Shown: one piece after another, positions 10,317 to 19,003 of the stretch
Layout: every line of letters begins with the position of its first letter
Numbering within the stretch: position 1 is the stretch's first letter
NCBI GenBank assembly: GCA_013375395.1
Contig: JABXJW010000003.1
Span: forward strand, 1-54,506
Source: Desulfobacterales bacterium
GTDB taxonomy: Bacteria; Desulfobacterota; Desulfobacteria; Desulfobacterales; C00003060
DNA length: 54,506 bases
Direction of reading: 5' to 3'
Position numbers and translations under genes: made by a program
The notes under the pieces: model-generated
Databases searched by the model: none
What the model saw: only the letters and a program-made list of their open reading frames with translations
Told to the model about the DNA's origin: nothing

Positions 10317-11630
10317 TTATTGGCCACCCTTAGCGGCATTACATTTACGGCACAAAATTGCTGCATTTTTCAGTTGGGTCCTACCGCCTTTACTCCACGG
10401 CTTAATGTGATCAAGGGTGAAATCCTCCCAAGTCAATTCCTTCCCACACTTTTCATTTTCACATTTCCGAGATCGTGCCGTATTCCACATTATCCGCCGC
10501 TGTTCTTGGCTAAAGAGTCGTCGGGAATCCTTTTTCTCAAAAAGGCTCTGCAAGAGGTTCCTCAGTATTTCCTCTCTTTTCTTACGCTGTAAAGCCGAAT
10601 CTGTTTGTTGTTGTACTGTAGCAAGGTAATTTCTAAAGACCTCTTGTCCTGGCTTGATTCCCTTTCCCTTTCTCTGAAGTTCCCGGACTTCGTCGACATT
10701 GTTTGAAAAAGCCATGAGCAAGTCTTGAGCTAGTCTGTTTCGCGTCCCATAGGTAAGTATTAAACCTTGGTTCTCAAATTTGGAAATCAAAACGGCCAGA
10801 GTATAGAAATCAACGATTTTACAGAATCGTGTTTGTTTGATGTTGGGAAAAATGTTTCCTAACCGATTAAGCACCTTGACGGTTCGCTTGTTCGCTTTTT
10901 GTATCTGTGTCTTGGTCATGCTGGATTTACCAGATTGCCCTGACTGCATCACATGGTCCAAGGCAGCTTTTTTGTTGATTACGTCCCCGAGGTGGACAGA
11001 TTGGATAATCTCACATACCAACTCGATGTGCTTCATTCGGGACATTTGGTTTGGGCTAACGATTTTGTTCTTCTTGAAGTACCCTTCGTATTTCTTGGCC
11101 GTTTTGGCGGCGGTTTTGAGAAATTCACTGTTGTAGTACCGGGCATTTCGTTTTTCTTGTTTAGTCAAAGCCTTTCCCGTAGAATTGATACGAACGAACA
11201 GATCAACGATGTCCGAAAAGTCTCCATCTACCTCAATTGTCGGAAGGCTATATCCAGTGATTAGATATTGTTTTTCAAGTTTATTAAGCTCCTTCCAATC
11301 GCAACTGGTGGCTTTTTCACTGCCTGGAAGTGTAGTCTTGGTGACAAATTTATTACCCATAATTCTGCCAGTAAACATAAATATGGATTCCAGGCGTTGT
11401 TTCCCATCAACAACGTCATACACTATGTCACCATCGGCTTGCCTTTTATAGAGGAAGATTGCAGGCAGAGGATATCCGTAAAGTATGCTCTTGATTAGGT
11501 TTCTTCTGTCAGTGATAGTCCATACTGAATCTCTTTGGAAACCAGGATTTAGATTCAATTTCTTGTCCCTGTATAATCCATCGATCTCTTGAATTGTCTT
11601 GGAGCCTGTCTTGTATGTTAGATCAGCCAT
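10317..11630 (-). CDS. DUF262 (ParB/Srx-like) plus C-terminal HNH nuclease, GmrSD-like
   Basis: 'PGFQRDSVW', 'VVDGKQRL', 'FVRINSTGKAL'; C-terminal 'DHIKPWSKGG.T...N..ILCRKCN..KG'. Confidence 0.88.
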   Translation of the reverse strand: MADLTYKTGSKTIQEIDGLYRDKKLNLNPGFQRDSVWTITDRRNLIKSILYGYPLPAIFLYKRQADGDIVYDVVDGKQRLESIFMFTGRIMGNKFVTKTTLPGSEKATSCDWKELNKLEKQYLITGYSLPTIEVDGDFSDIVDLFVRINSTGKALTKQEKRNARYYNSEFLKTAAKTAKKYEGYFKKNKIVSPNQMSRMKHIELVCEIIQSVHLGDVINKKAALDHVMQSGQSGKSSMTKTQIQKANKRTVKVLNRLGNIFPNIKQTRFCKIVDFYTLAVLISKFENQGLILTYGTRNRLAQDLLMAFSNNVDEVRELQRKGKGIKPGQEVFRNYLATVQQQTDSALQRKKREEILRNLLQSLFEKKDSRRLFSQEQRRIMWNTARSRKCENEKCGKELTWEDFTLDHIKPWSKGGRTQLKNAAILCRKCNAAKGGQ

Positions 11631-11860
11631 AACAATCTCCTTTGTTAAAAGAGAAAAACCGCAGTTGTCCTTGTGAGAAACGGAGGTTTCATGTTCAAGT
11701 CATACAAGCCCTAAAGGTCGGAGTCATATAGTAAACAGCCGAACGACCGGTGAAGATAGCTTGCCACCATCGTAACTATTGGAAGTTTAACGATATCAAA
11801 ACGAGATCTAAGCGACTCAGATTAACCACAACCGTGTGGCACACCAAGTATCATTTCCCT

Positions 11861-12085
11861 TTATCCGTCTTCCCCCAGAGCCGACAATCTTTCCTTGGCT
11901 TTCTTAGCGTATTCGCTTTCAGGGTATTTTTCGATGATCTCCTGGTACAGTTTTGTGGCGTGTTCCCGATTGTCTTGCAGTTCCTCCAATTTCGCGGTGT
12001 CAAATAGTTGCTCAGCACCGTCGCCTGAACATCCCAAGAGCACCGTAGCAAGAATTACCATTAAAATCAATATGATCTGTCTCAT
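11861..12085 (-). CDS. Small TPR-like lipoprotein
   Basis: Lipobox 'LLGC'; 'LYQEIIEKYPESEYAKKAKERL' TPR-like helix. Confidence 0.7.
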   Translation of the reverse strand: MRQIILILMVILATVLLGCSGDGAEQLFDTAKLEELQDNREHATKLYQEIIEKYPESEYAKKAKERLSALGEDG

Positions 12086-12482
12086 GAGGTCCCCTTGTCG
12101 CTAAGGCTGTGAATAACATCCCCAAGGTTCGATCTCAAGTGTTCTTCGTTTACTATAAGAGCCGCCCCTGCGTCAATTTTAAACATATGAAGCGTTTCTG
12201 CGGAAAAAGGGATACTCGGCTGGGAGGATTTCAAGAAGTGGATCCAAGATAGGGAGGATCGGGACCTTAGGTGCGAATGCGAGTTGGTCAATTGCCGTGC
12301 GACCCATAAGCCCGCCGGGTTGCAAAATGATCTTTGGGTTTGATTTTGATGAACCAGGAAAGGATGATTGCGGGTCAGCGCGGTGGCGGGCGAAAAAGGT
12401 AGAGGGTGACTTTTCACCGCAAATAATCTATTAGAAGGGTCGTGTCCAAACCTAAGAGTAAGGACGGCCGAAAGGAACTGTT

Positions 12483-13343
12483 ATGCTAAGGAACACTTTT
12501 CTCCATATACCAGGTATAGGCGCAATAACCGAGAAACGTCTATGGGATTCTGGCGTCACGAGTTGGGATGCATTCGTTGAACCGTACCCAGTGAGACTAT
12601 CGCCAAACCGAATAGAATCTCTTCGCAGGTATCTTGACGAATCCAGAATACACTTTCAAAACGTTAATCCCAATTACTTCATCGAACTGCTACCGTCAAA
12701 CCTTCAATGGCGACTGTTCCCTGAATTCAGACACTCAACCGCATACCTGGATATTGAAACTACGGGTATGGACGGATATTACAACGACATTACAATGATC
12801 GGTCTTTATGACGGAACGTCCATATACCATTATGTCAAAGGACAGAACCTTGATGATTTTAGAGCGGATATAGAGAAATACAAGGTCATCGTTACATACA
12901 ACGGGAAATGCTTTGACTTACCCTTCATTCGTAGCAATATGGGTATAGCCATGAACCACACACATATTGACCTGCGATATGTTCTTGGAAGTGTTGGTTT
13001 CAGCGGAGGACTTAAGGGCTGTGAAACTCAGGCTGGTATTGAGCGGGGTGAGTTGACGGGTCTTGACGGATACGATGCTGTTCTTCTGTGGAACGACTAT
13101 AAGCGAAACGGAAGTCAAAAAGCTCTGGAAACGCTCCTTGCGTATAACAGTCAAGATATTGTCAATCTTGAGGTGTTGATGGTCCTTGGGTACAACCTGA
13201 AGTTGAAGGATACGCCATTTTGGGGGACAAGTCAGTTACGGGACCCGGTTGTACCAGAAATTCCATTCAAGGGTGACTTGGAGACCATCGAGCGGATCAA
13301 GATTGAGAAGATGAACACGTTTTCGGGGTATGGTTATTGGTGA
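12483..13343 (+). CDS. RNase H-like (YprB/RNase_H_2) 3'-5' exonuclease-family protein with N-terminal HhH
   Basis: 'HIPGIG', 'AYLDIETTG', 'VTYNGKCFDLPFI', 'HIDLR', 'YNSQDIVNL'. Confidence 0.85.
   Translation: MLRNTFLHIPGIGAITEKRLWDSGVTSWDAFVEPYPVRLSPNRIESLRRYLDESRIHFQNVNPNYFIELLPSNLQWRLFPEFRHSTAYLDIETTGMDGYYNDITMIGLYDGTSIYHYVKGQNLDDFRADIEKYKVIVTYNGKCFDLPFIRSNMGIAMNHTHIDLRYVLGSVGFSGGLKGCETQAGIERGELTGLDGYDAVLLWNDYKRNGSQKALETLLAYNSQDIVNLEVLMVLGYNLKLKDTPFWGTSQLRDPVVPEIPFKGDLETIERIKIEKMNTFSGYGYW
13318..13343 (+). repeat. 26-bp direct repeat, copy 1 (3' end of exonuclease gene)
   Basis: CGTTTTCGGGGTATGGTTATTGGTGA matches 14106-14131 at 24 of 26 positions. Confidence 0.75.
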
Positions 13344-13476
13344 GACTGGTTCTTCCTGATTCTTCTTGGTTTCAGACCAGGCTTGTTGTAACAGTGCCTC
13401 CAGAAAATGGCACATTGTCCGGTGTATAGGTCTTTGCAAAAGAGATTACAGATCAGAAAGGTTGGGATTCAAAGAC

Positions 13477-14082
13477 ATGACATCAGATTTTCTCGAGGAA
13501 ATCAGCGGCTACAACGTCCGCAGCGCAATGCCCAAACCGGGAAAATGCGCACTCTTGGTCATCGACATGCAACAATATTTTTTTTCGCTTGCTTCTCCCA
13601 TAGTTGGAAATGTTGTGTCGATTATCAAGGCTTGTCGTTTAAAGGGAGTCAGGATCATATTCACCAGACATGGCCACAAGGACATTTCAAAGGACGGAGG
13701 AATGCTTTCGAAATGGTGGGGCGACTGCATAGTTTATGGATCAAGGGAATGGGAACTTATCAAGGGTCTCGCCCCGCAGAATACAGATGGTCTTCTCGAT
13801 AAAGACCGGTACAGCGCATTTTTCGGGACTCAGCTTGATGAGGGTCTAAGATCACGTGGAATTGAGGAGCTCATTATAACTGGTGTGATGACAAACTGCT
13901 GCTGTGAAACGACCGCCAGAGATGGGTTCGTCAGGGATTATCGAGTATTCTTTGTCTCAGATGCAACGGCTACTGCCAATGATGAGCTTCACGTCGCCTC
14001 TCTCAAAAACCTGGCTTACGGATTTGCCCATATTGTATCTACTGAAGGGTTGTGGAAGCATCTTAAGAATTACGGGGTGTGA
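13477..14082 (+). CDS. Isochorismatase-family cysteine hydrolase
   Basis: 'ALLVIDMQ', 'KDRYSAFFGT', 'ITGVMTNCCCETTARDG', 'VSDATA'. Confidence 0.92.
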   Translation: MTSDFLEEISGYNVRSAMPKPGKCALLVIDMQQYFFSLASPIVGNVVSIIKACRLKGVRIIFTRHGHKDISKDGGMLSKWWGDCIVYGSREWELIKGLAPQNTDGLLDKDRYSAFFGTQLDEGLRSRGIEELIITGVMTNCCCETTARDGFVRDYRVFFVSDATATANDELHVASLKNLAYGFAHIVSTEGLWKHLKNYGV

Positions 14083-14105
14083 ATGTGTTTTTGGGGATAG
14101 GACCG

Positions 14106-14131
14106 CGTTTTCGGGGTATGGTCGTTGGTGA
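14106..14131 (+). repeat. 26-bp direct repeat, copy 2
   Basis: CGTTTTCGGGGTATGGTCGTTGGTGA. Confidence 0.75.
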
Positions 14132-14144
14132 ACTGAGGAGTTAA

Positions 14145-14350
14145 ACGGTTGACTCTTGGTCAGGACGGTTTTGAGTTTTTCAACCCGCTGCCTGAGCTTC
14201 CGGTCTTTTGATATCTGAACTTTCGTTCGCTCCATGACCGTGCTAACAGAACTGTACCTCTTGAGATCAAAATCCCTGCCCAGTTCATCCAGCCGATCGC
14301 CCCTTAAAAGCCTGGAAAGATAAACGGCCACATTCCTGGGTTCAGGGGTC
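14145..14350 (-). pseudogene. C-terminal fragment of a RAYT/Y1-type transposase (DnaA-C-like HTH)
   Basis: 'EPRNVAVYLSRLLRGDRLDELGRDFDLKRYSSVSTVMER...DRKLRQRVEKLK' resembles the HTH tail of such transposases; no HUH domain seen. Confidence 0.6.
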
Positions 14351-15113
14351 ACTGCCCGGCAGCCAAGGAAGTCTTTTTCTTTCAAATACCTGAACAATTT
14401 CCTCATCGTTTTCTTTCCCAACGAATTGCCTGTAAGCCCTTTGCTGTTGCCATTTATCCGTGGTAAGAAGCGAGAGCACAAAATCTTTGGATAGCCAGTC
14501 CCACTTCTTTGCTCTGGATACATACCCCTTATGGCTGCTCCATTCATACCTGTCAAGCTTGTCCGCTAGTCCGGCCTCAAAGGGTATTCAATTCTTAACG
14601 GCCTGGACATAATAGCTTCGTATGAAAGTCGACAGCAAGAGTCAACCGTAGACCCCACTTGATTTGGCTTTTCATCTATGAAGCCAAAAGAATAGCAGTC
14701 GTTTTGCGACTGCGACCGAATCTGTCACACCCCTCTGAGATGATGGTCTCCAAATAAGAGAATCACGAGATCAGGGTTGTCGGGGCGGCGGGCACGGTGG
14801 TCCGGAAATATCAGTGTCGCTGAAACCAGGTGCCATTAGGCTCGAATTGAGGCCAGCTCTTACTGGCCCCCATTTGTCTGGTGAGTTCATTCTTGAATTC
14901 CTCCCGGAGTGAGTCTTAAGCTCTCTCTGACCTCAGATGGACCATTCCTAATTTTCACTTGAAAGGATCAGATAATTTTCATATGTTCCAGAGTTGTATT
15001 GTGAGGTTTGACCGCCGTAATGTTTCAATAGAGGCCTGTCGTTTTTCTGTGAATGAGCTTCCTGCCAAATATAGATGGGTCTTGTGCAGTTTTCAGATTA
15101 GGATGACGAAATC

Positions 15114-16652
15114 ATGGGTAAGCTAAGGATATTTCTTAGTTCGGTACAGAAAGAATTGGAAAATGAAAGAATCGCAGTAGCGGAGATTATTACTACGGAT
15201 CCCTTTCTCAGCGGGCATTGCACACCTGTGCTCTATGAGTATGAGCCGGCATCTCCGGATAAAGGCCTTTCGGGCTGCCTTAAGCATGTTGATTCATGCG
15301 ACATATACGTCATCCTGATTTGGAATGAATATGGTTATGTACAAAAAGGTCTATCAATCACCCATCACGAATATAGGCGCGCCAAAAAGAATAAACTTCC
15401 CATCCTGGTCTATATTAAGGGTTCCAACGAGGCTCGACGCGATATTGGCATCAAGAAGAAGCTGCTCAAAGAGATCCGCCATGACGGTTACAAATACAAA
15501 CGTTTCGCAAATTACAAGGAGCTTCAGACCGAACTTCGAGCGTCTTTAGTAAAGATCTTGAAGGAACAGCACGGAATTGAGCCGTCATCCGATGAGGATG
15601 AGATCGCAGAGCAAACCATCGAGGCTGCGTCCAAATTTGGATCTCGTCAAGTACAGGTACCGTGGAACAGCCTGAATCTAGAATTGGCAAAGGAGCTTGT
15701 TGCAGCAGCAGAAAACACCTCGGCCGATAAGCTGAGCGATTCCAATCTTAAAAGGAGCTTACTATCACGCGGTCTGCTGTGGAGCGATTCGGATTCTGGT
15801 AAGGAATACGCTACTGGTGCTGGTGTGGTAATTTTGGCGAACGATCCGAGCATCGCATTCCCGCATTGCCGGATCCTTGCGGACGCGTTCCGGGGAACCG
15901 AAAAGACCAGCCGCCCCATTGATCAAGAAGACATCCGTGCCCCTATGCCAAAGGCCATCGAACGCGCTATCGAATTCGTTCAGCGCAATACCCGCCATCC
16001 TATGCGGGTTGTAGGCTTGAACCGTGTCCAACTTGATGAGTATCCAAAAGAAGCGCTTCGAGAAGCGCTTGTTAATGCTGTGGCTCACCGAAGGTACGAT
16101 CTGGAAGGTCAAAAGATTTTTCTTACGGTTTTCTTCGACCGGGTGATTGTGGCCAGTCCTGGTCTTCCACCCAGGCCGATCACTCTGGCAAAAATTCGTT
16201 CGGGTAAGTATCGTCCTTGTTCCCGTAATCCACTCATTGCTCATAATCTTTCATTCTTCCATCGGATTGAAGAGCGCGGCAGCGGTATAGGCCGTATGAG
16301 AGACGAGATGGCAGATCACGGCCTCGATCCTCCACTGTTCGGATCGAGTAGTGGCTTTTTTGAAGTTGTTCTACCGGGATCGGGTGATGATCTTGATCAT
16401 CTGCGCGTAAGGGTGGACAGTGTTGGCCAAATAGTAACACCCTCGGTTGAAGCCAAGTTGAACCAGCGACAGAAGCAAATGATGGCGTTACTTGTACAGG
16501 ACGAACGGTTGACGAGTCGGCGCTGTGAGCAAGAGTTCGGAGTCACTCGGGACACTGCAAATCGGGACTTTAAGCACTTGATTTCGTTGGGCTTAGTGGA
16601 GCCAAGAGGAAAAGGTAGATCAAGGCATTATATACTTAAAGGCAGTACATAA
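15114..16652 (+). CDS. DUF4062 domain + RecG-C-like ATP-binding domain + C-terminal HTH
   Basis: 'IFLSSVQKELENER...CDIYVILIWNEYG...SITHHEYRRA'; 'YPKEALREALVNAVAHRRY', 'SRNPLIA', 'IEERGSGI'; 'TRDTANRDFKHL...GKGRSRHY'. Confidence 0.85.
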   Translation: MGKLRIFLSSVQKELENERIAVAEIITTDPFLSGHCTPVLYEYEPASPDKGLSGCLKHVDSCDIYVILIWNEYGYVQKGLSITHHEYRRAKKNKLPILVYIKGSNEARRDIGIKKKLLKEIRHDGYKYKRFANYKELQTELRASLVKILKEQHGIEPSSDEDEIAEQTIEAASKFGSRQVQVPWNSLNLELAKELVAAAENTSADKLSDSNLKRSLLSRGLLWSDSDSGKEYATGAGVVILANDPSIAFPHCRILADAFRGTEKTSRPIDQEDIRAPMPKAIERAIEFVQRNTRHPMRVVGLNRVQLDEYPKEALREALVNAVAHRRYDLEGQKIFLTVFFDRVIVASPGLPPRPITLAKIRSGKYRPCSRNPLIAHNLSFFHRIEERGSGIGRMRDEMADHGLDPPLFGSSSGFFEVVLPGSGDDLDHLRVRVDSVGQIVTPSVEAKLNQRQKQMMALLVQDERLTSRRCEQEFGVTRDTANRDFKHLISLGLVEPRGKGRSRHYILKGST

Positions 16653-16738
16653 TCGTCAGATAATCGTCAGGTGATGGAGCTTAATCGTCAGATCTGTGTC
16701 GGCTCACCCGCTCGGGTAATTGTCAGATAATCGTCAGG
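16650..16738 (+). repeat. Five copies of the 11-bp motif TAATCGTCAG(A/G)
   Basis: Copies at 16650, 16661, 16682, 16717 (one mismatch) and 16728. Confidence 0.85.
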
Positions 16739-16901
16739 TTTTCCACCTCCTTATGCTTATGTGTATCCGACCAGGCCACAGACTTCACAACAGAAACCGT
16801 CAGAATTTATGCCAACCAAGAGATAAGGATCTTGGGCGTGGTGGGAGCAGTGATCCGAAAATATCGGTGTTACTGAAACTGTGGGAGAGGGGGAATTAAG
16901 C

Positions 16902-17402
16902 TTATGCCGCTACGTAAATCCCCCTGCCGGCTCGCTTGATTTTGCCCTGCTTGGATGCCCGGAAAACAATATTCCTTATTTTCTTGTCTTCCATGCCAGT
17001 CTTCTTCACCAACGTGGGAACGTCAACGCCCTTCTTCGATCTCTTAATAATGTTCACAACCTGGTCGGTAGCCGTCAGCGCAGCAGCTTTCTTCTTGGCA
17101 GGGGCTTTTTTCGCAGCAGCCTTTCTGGCGGGTTTGGCCTTGGCTTTGACTTTCGCTTTCTTGGCAGCGTACTCCTTCTCAAACTTTTCAATCGCCTTAA
17201 TCAGTTTCCCCGTCTGCTTTGTGAGAGCCTTCAGGGCCTCGGCTGTATGTTCTGCCGGGGATTTTAGTTTGATAGCAGCTTGAGCCTTTTCAAGCTGGCC
17301 TGCGGCTGTCTTCTTCAGTTTGGTTGTCAGTTCTTTTGTCCTCTTCGTGAGTGCCTTGAATTCCTTGGTCACACCCTGCAGGTCCTCTTTGAACTTTTTC
17401 AT
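16902..17402 (-). CDS. Lys/Ala-rich histone-like protein with probable C-terminal winged helix
   Basis: AAKKAKVKAKAKPARKAAAKKAPAKKKAA tract; 'DQVVNIIKRSKKGV....KKTG..KKIRNIVFR..KQGKIKR..RGIY'; AGGAGG RBS. Confidence 0.75.
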   Translation of the reverse strand: MKKFKEDLQGVTKEFKALTKRTKELTTKLKKTAAGQLEKAQAAIKLKSPAEHTAEALKALTKQTGKLIKAIEKFEKEYAAKKAKVKAKAKPARKAAAKKAPAKKKAAALTATDQVVNIIKRSKKGVDVPTLVKKTGMEDKKIRNIVFRASKQGKIKRAGRGIYVAA

Positions 17403-17437
17403 GGCCGTTTTCCTCCTTCTTGGTCTTTTTATTGTTT

Positions 17438-17714
17438 TGAGACAGGATTTACACGATTAGCAGGATTTTGTTTACTTCATCACTTTCCTGATGAAAGTGA
17501 TGAAGTGCCCCAGTGAAATAGGCTCCGCCCCAGAGGAATAAGCTTCGCATTCCACTTGCCTATGTTTGACGACGGCCTTTCCATCGAAGAGGGATTAAGG
17601 TTTTTGCCTTTCTTCCCTCCGGGGCGTAGGCCCCACGGGCCGGAGGCTGGAAAGGCAAAGAATATCTTGATAATCCCGTCGCGCGAAGCATCCCGCAGGG
17701 ATAATCCTGTCTCA
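17438..17714. mobile_element. Structured non-autonomous element family B, copy 2 (inverted)
   Basis: TGAGACAGGATT...AATCCTGTCTCA terminal inverted repeat; shares a long segment with 2768-2880; carries extra internal GC-rich hairpins. Confidence 0.75.
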
Positions 17715-17747
17715 GTGAAAGGAAATAAGCGTTTATCCAAACGGACA

Positions 17748-18283
17748 CTAAATGGTATCCTTGAGAGCCTTGCCCGGCTTGAACTTGACGGCATTGGATG
17801 CCTTGATCTTTATTTCTTCACCGGTCTGAGGATTGCGGCCTTTTCTGGCCTTGCGACGGACCTTTGAAAATGTGCCGAAACCAACCAGCGTGATTTTGCC
17901 GTCCTTCTTCTTGAGAGCTTTCTGTACCCTGATGTTGCAAAAGTCGAGGATGCCGCAGATTCAAGACGTCCAAGGTTGAAGCCGTAGTGAGCTACTGCGA
18001 ACCCTTGGCAACGCAGAAGATGCGGTATCATCGGCTTTCCCAAAGGGTAAAGAACAGGGCGAATCTTTCATTGTCTATGGATACCACTCTTGGCGGAAAG
18101 GCGACAAAGCGCGTTATCAGCGTGCAACAACATAATATGCTGGTCATATTCTCCGACTCGCCGTGTTGTTTATGCAGCGTTAGGGTTGACACTGTCAACA
18201 GATAAATCCATAGCCTTGTTGGCCTCAGCCTTTGAAATCCCCGCATCCTCTGCCATCTTGTCAATCAGTTCTACCTTTGTCAT
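17748..18283 (-). pseudogene. hup: HU DNA-binding protein gene split by a 263-bp element
   Basis: MTKVELIDKMAEDAGISKAEANKAMDLSVDSV | [58 protein letters not shown]. Deleting 17925-18187 gives an intact 90-aa HU; AAGGAGG upstream. Confidence 0.9.
17925..18187. mobile_element. Structured non-autonomous element family A, copy 2 (TACCCT...AGGGTT, 263 bp)
   Basis: Homologous to 280-541; the reverse complement of its right end (ACCCTAACGCTGCA) matches the left end of copy 1. Confidence 0.8.
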
Positions 18284-18627
18284 AATGCCTTCCTCCTTCG
18301 CTTTGGGTTAATAAGGATCTTAATCGAAGCCTGCCGGTTCATAGAACACAACCTCTTGAAAGGTCAAGGAAAAATGTTTGGTCTCATTGCCAGACTCTGT
18401 ATTTGACGATGATCGGGCTGGTCAAAGCGTTTCTTTCAAGAAAATGCCTAAGTATGACCGTATCTGTCACGGTTGTCGTGCCATAATGTCGATTAAGTCT
18501 GGGCTTTGGCCTTTACTTTGCTGTCGGTTCCTGGTAAGGAATTCCCCTAAATCATTAAGAAATAAGGTGTTAGCCACAGACCGATGCAGACCTGCGCAAC
18601 TTTACGCCAAACCCGGAACAGGTCAAA

Positions 18628-18706
18628 TGATCATGGAAGTCGGCGGGCTTTGCGAGGTCATGAGCTGGGTATTGGGGTTTGGCAGACATGCCGAGGTGCT
18701 GGAGCA
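18628..18706 (+). pseudogene. Fragment of a WYL-regulator C-terminal (WCX) domain
   Basis: 'MEVGGLCEVMSWVLGFGRHAEVLE' matches the WYL/PafC C-terminal 'WVLGFG..AEVLEP' pattern. Confidence 0.6.
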
Positions 18707-19003
18707 TTTTTTTGAGGATAAAAGAAAGGGTTGGAGGCATTTTTACAGTGATGATTTTGGCCCTGAAAATGGTCGCTTAAGGGTTCAAAAGCCCTGTTTT
18801 TGAAATCTTTATCGTGGTATATCAGCAGGGTGGCTTGGTTCGACCCTAAAAAGATGGTCAAAAGGCTAATAAAGTAGCAATAAAATACAATAGTTATAGA
18901 GGTATTAACTTGATTAACGACGTCCCGGTTATCTCCTGTTATCTCAAGTGCCGAAGAAGAAATTAGAAAAAAGGGACAGGCGAAATATGCTTTTGAGACT
19001 AGA

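Noticed and set aside
13957-14556. 199-aa ORF as a functional gene
   Set aside because: Only the middle resembles a transposase tail; the rest overlaps the hydrolase gene antisense or looks non-coding
17925-18187. Group I or group II intron in hup
   Set aside because: No recognisable intron boundary or domain V motifs, and the element lies in opposite orientations relative to its two host genes
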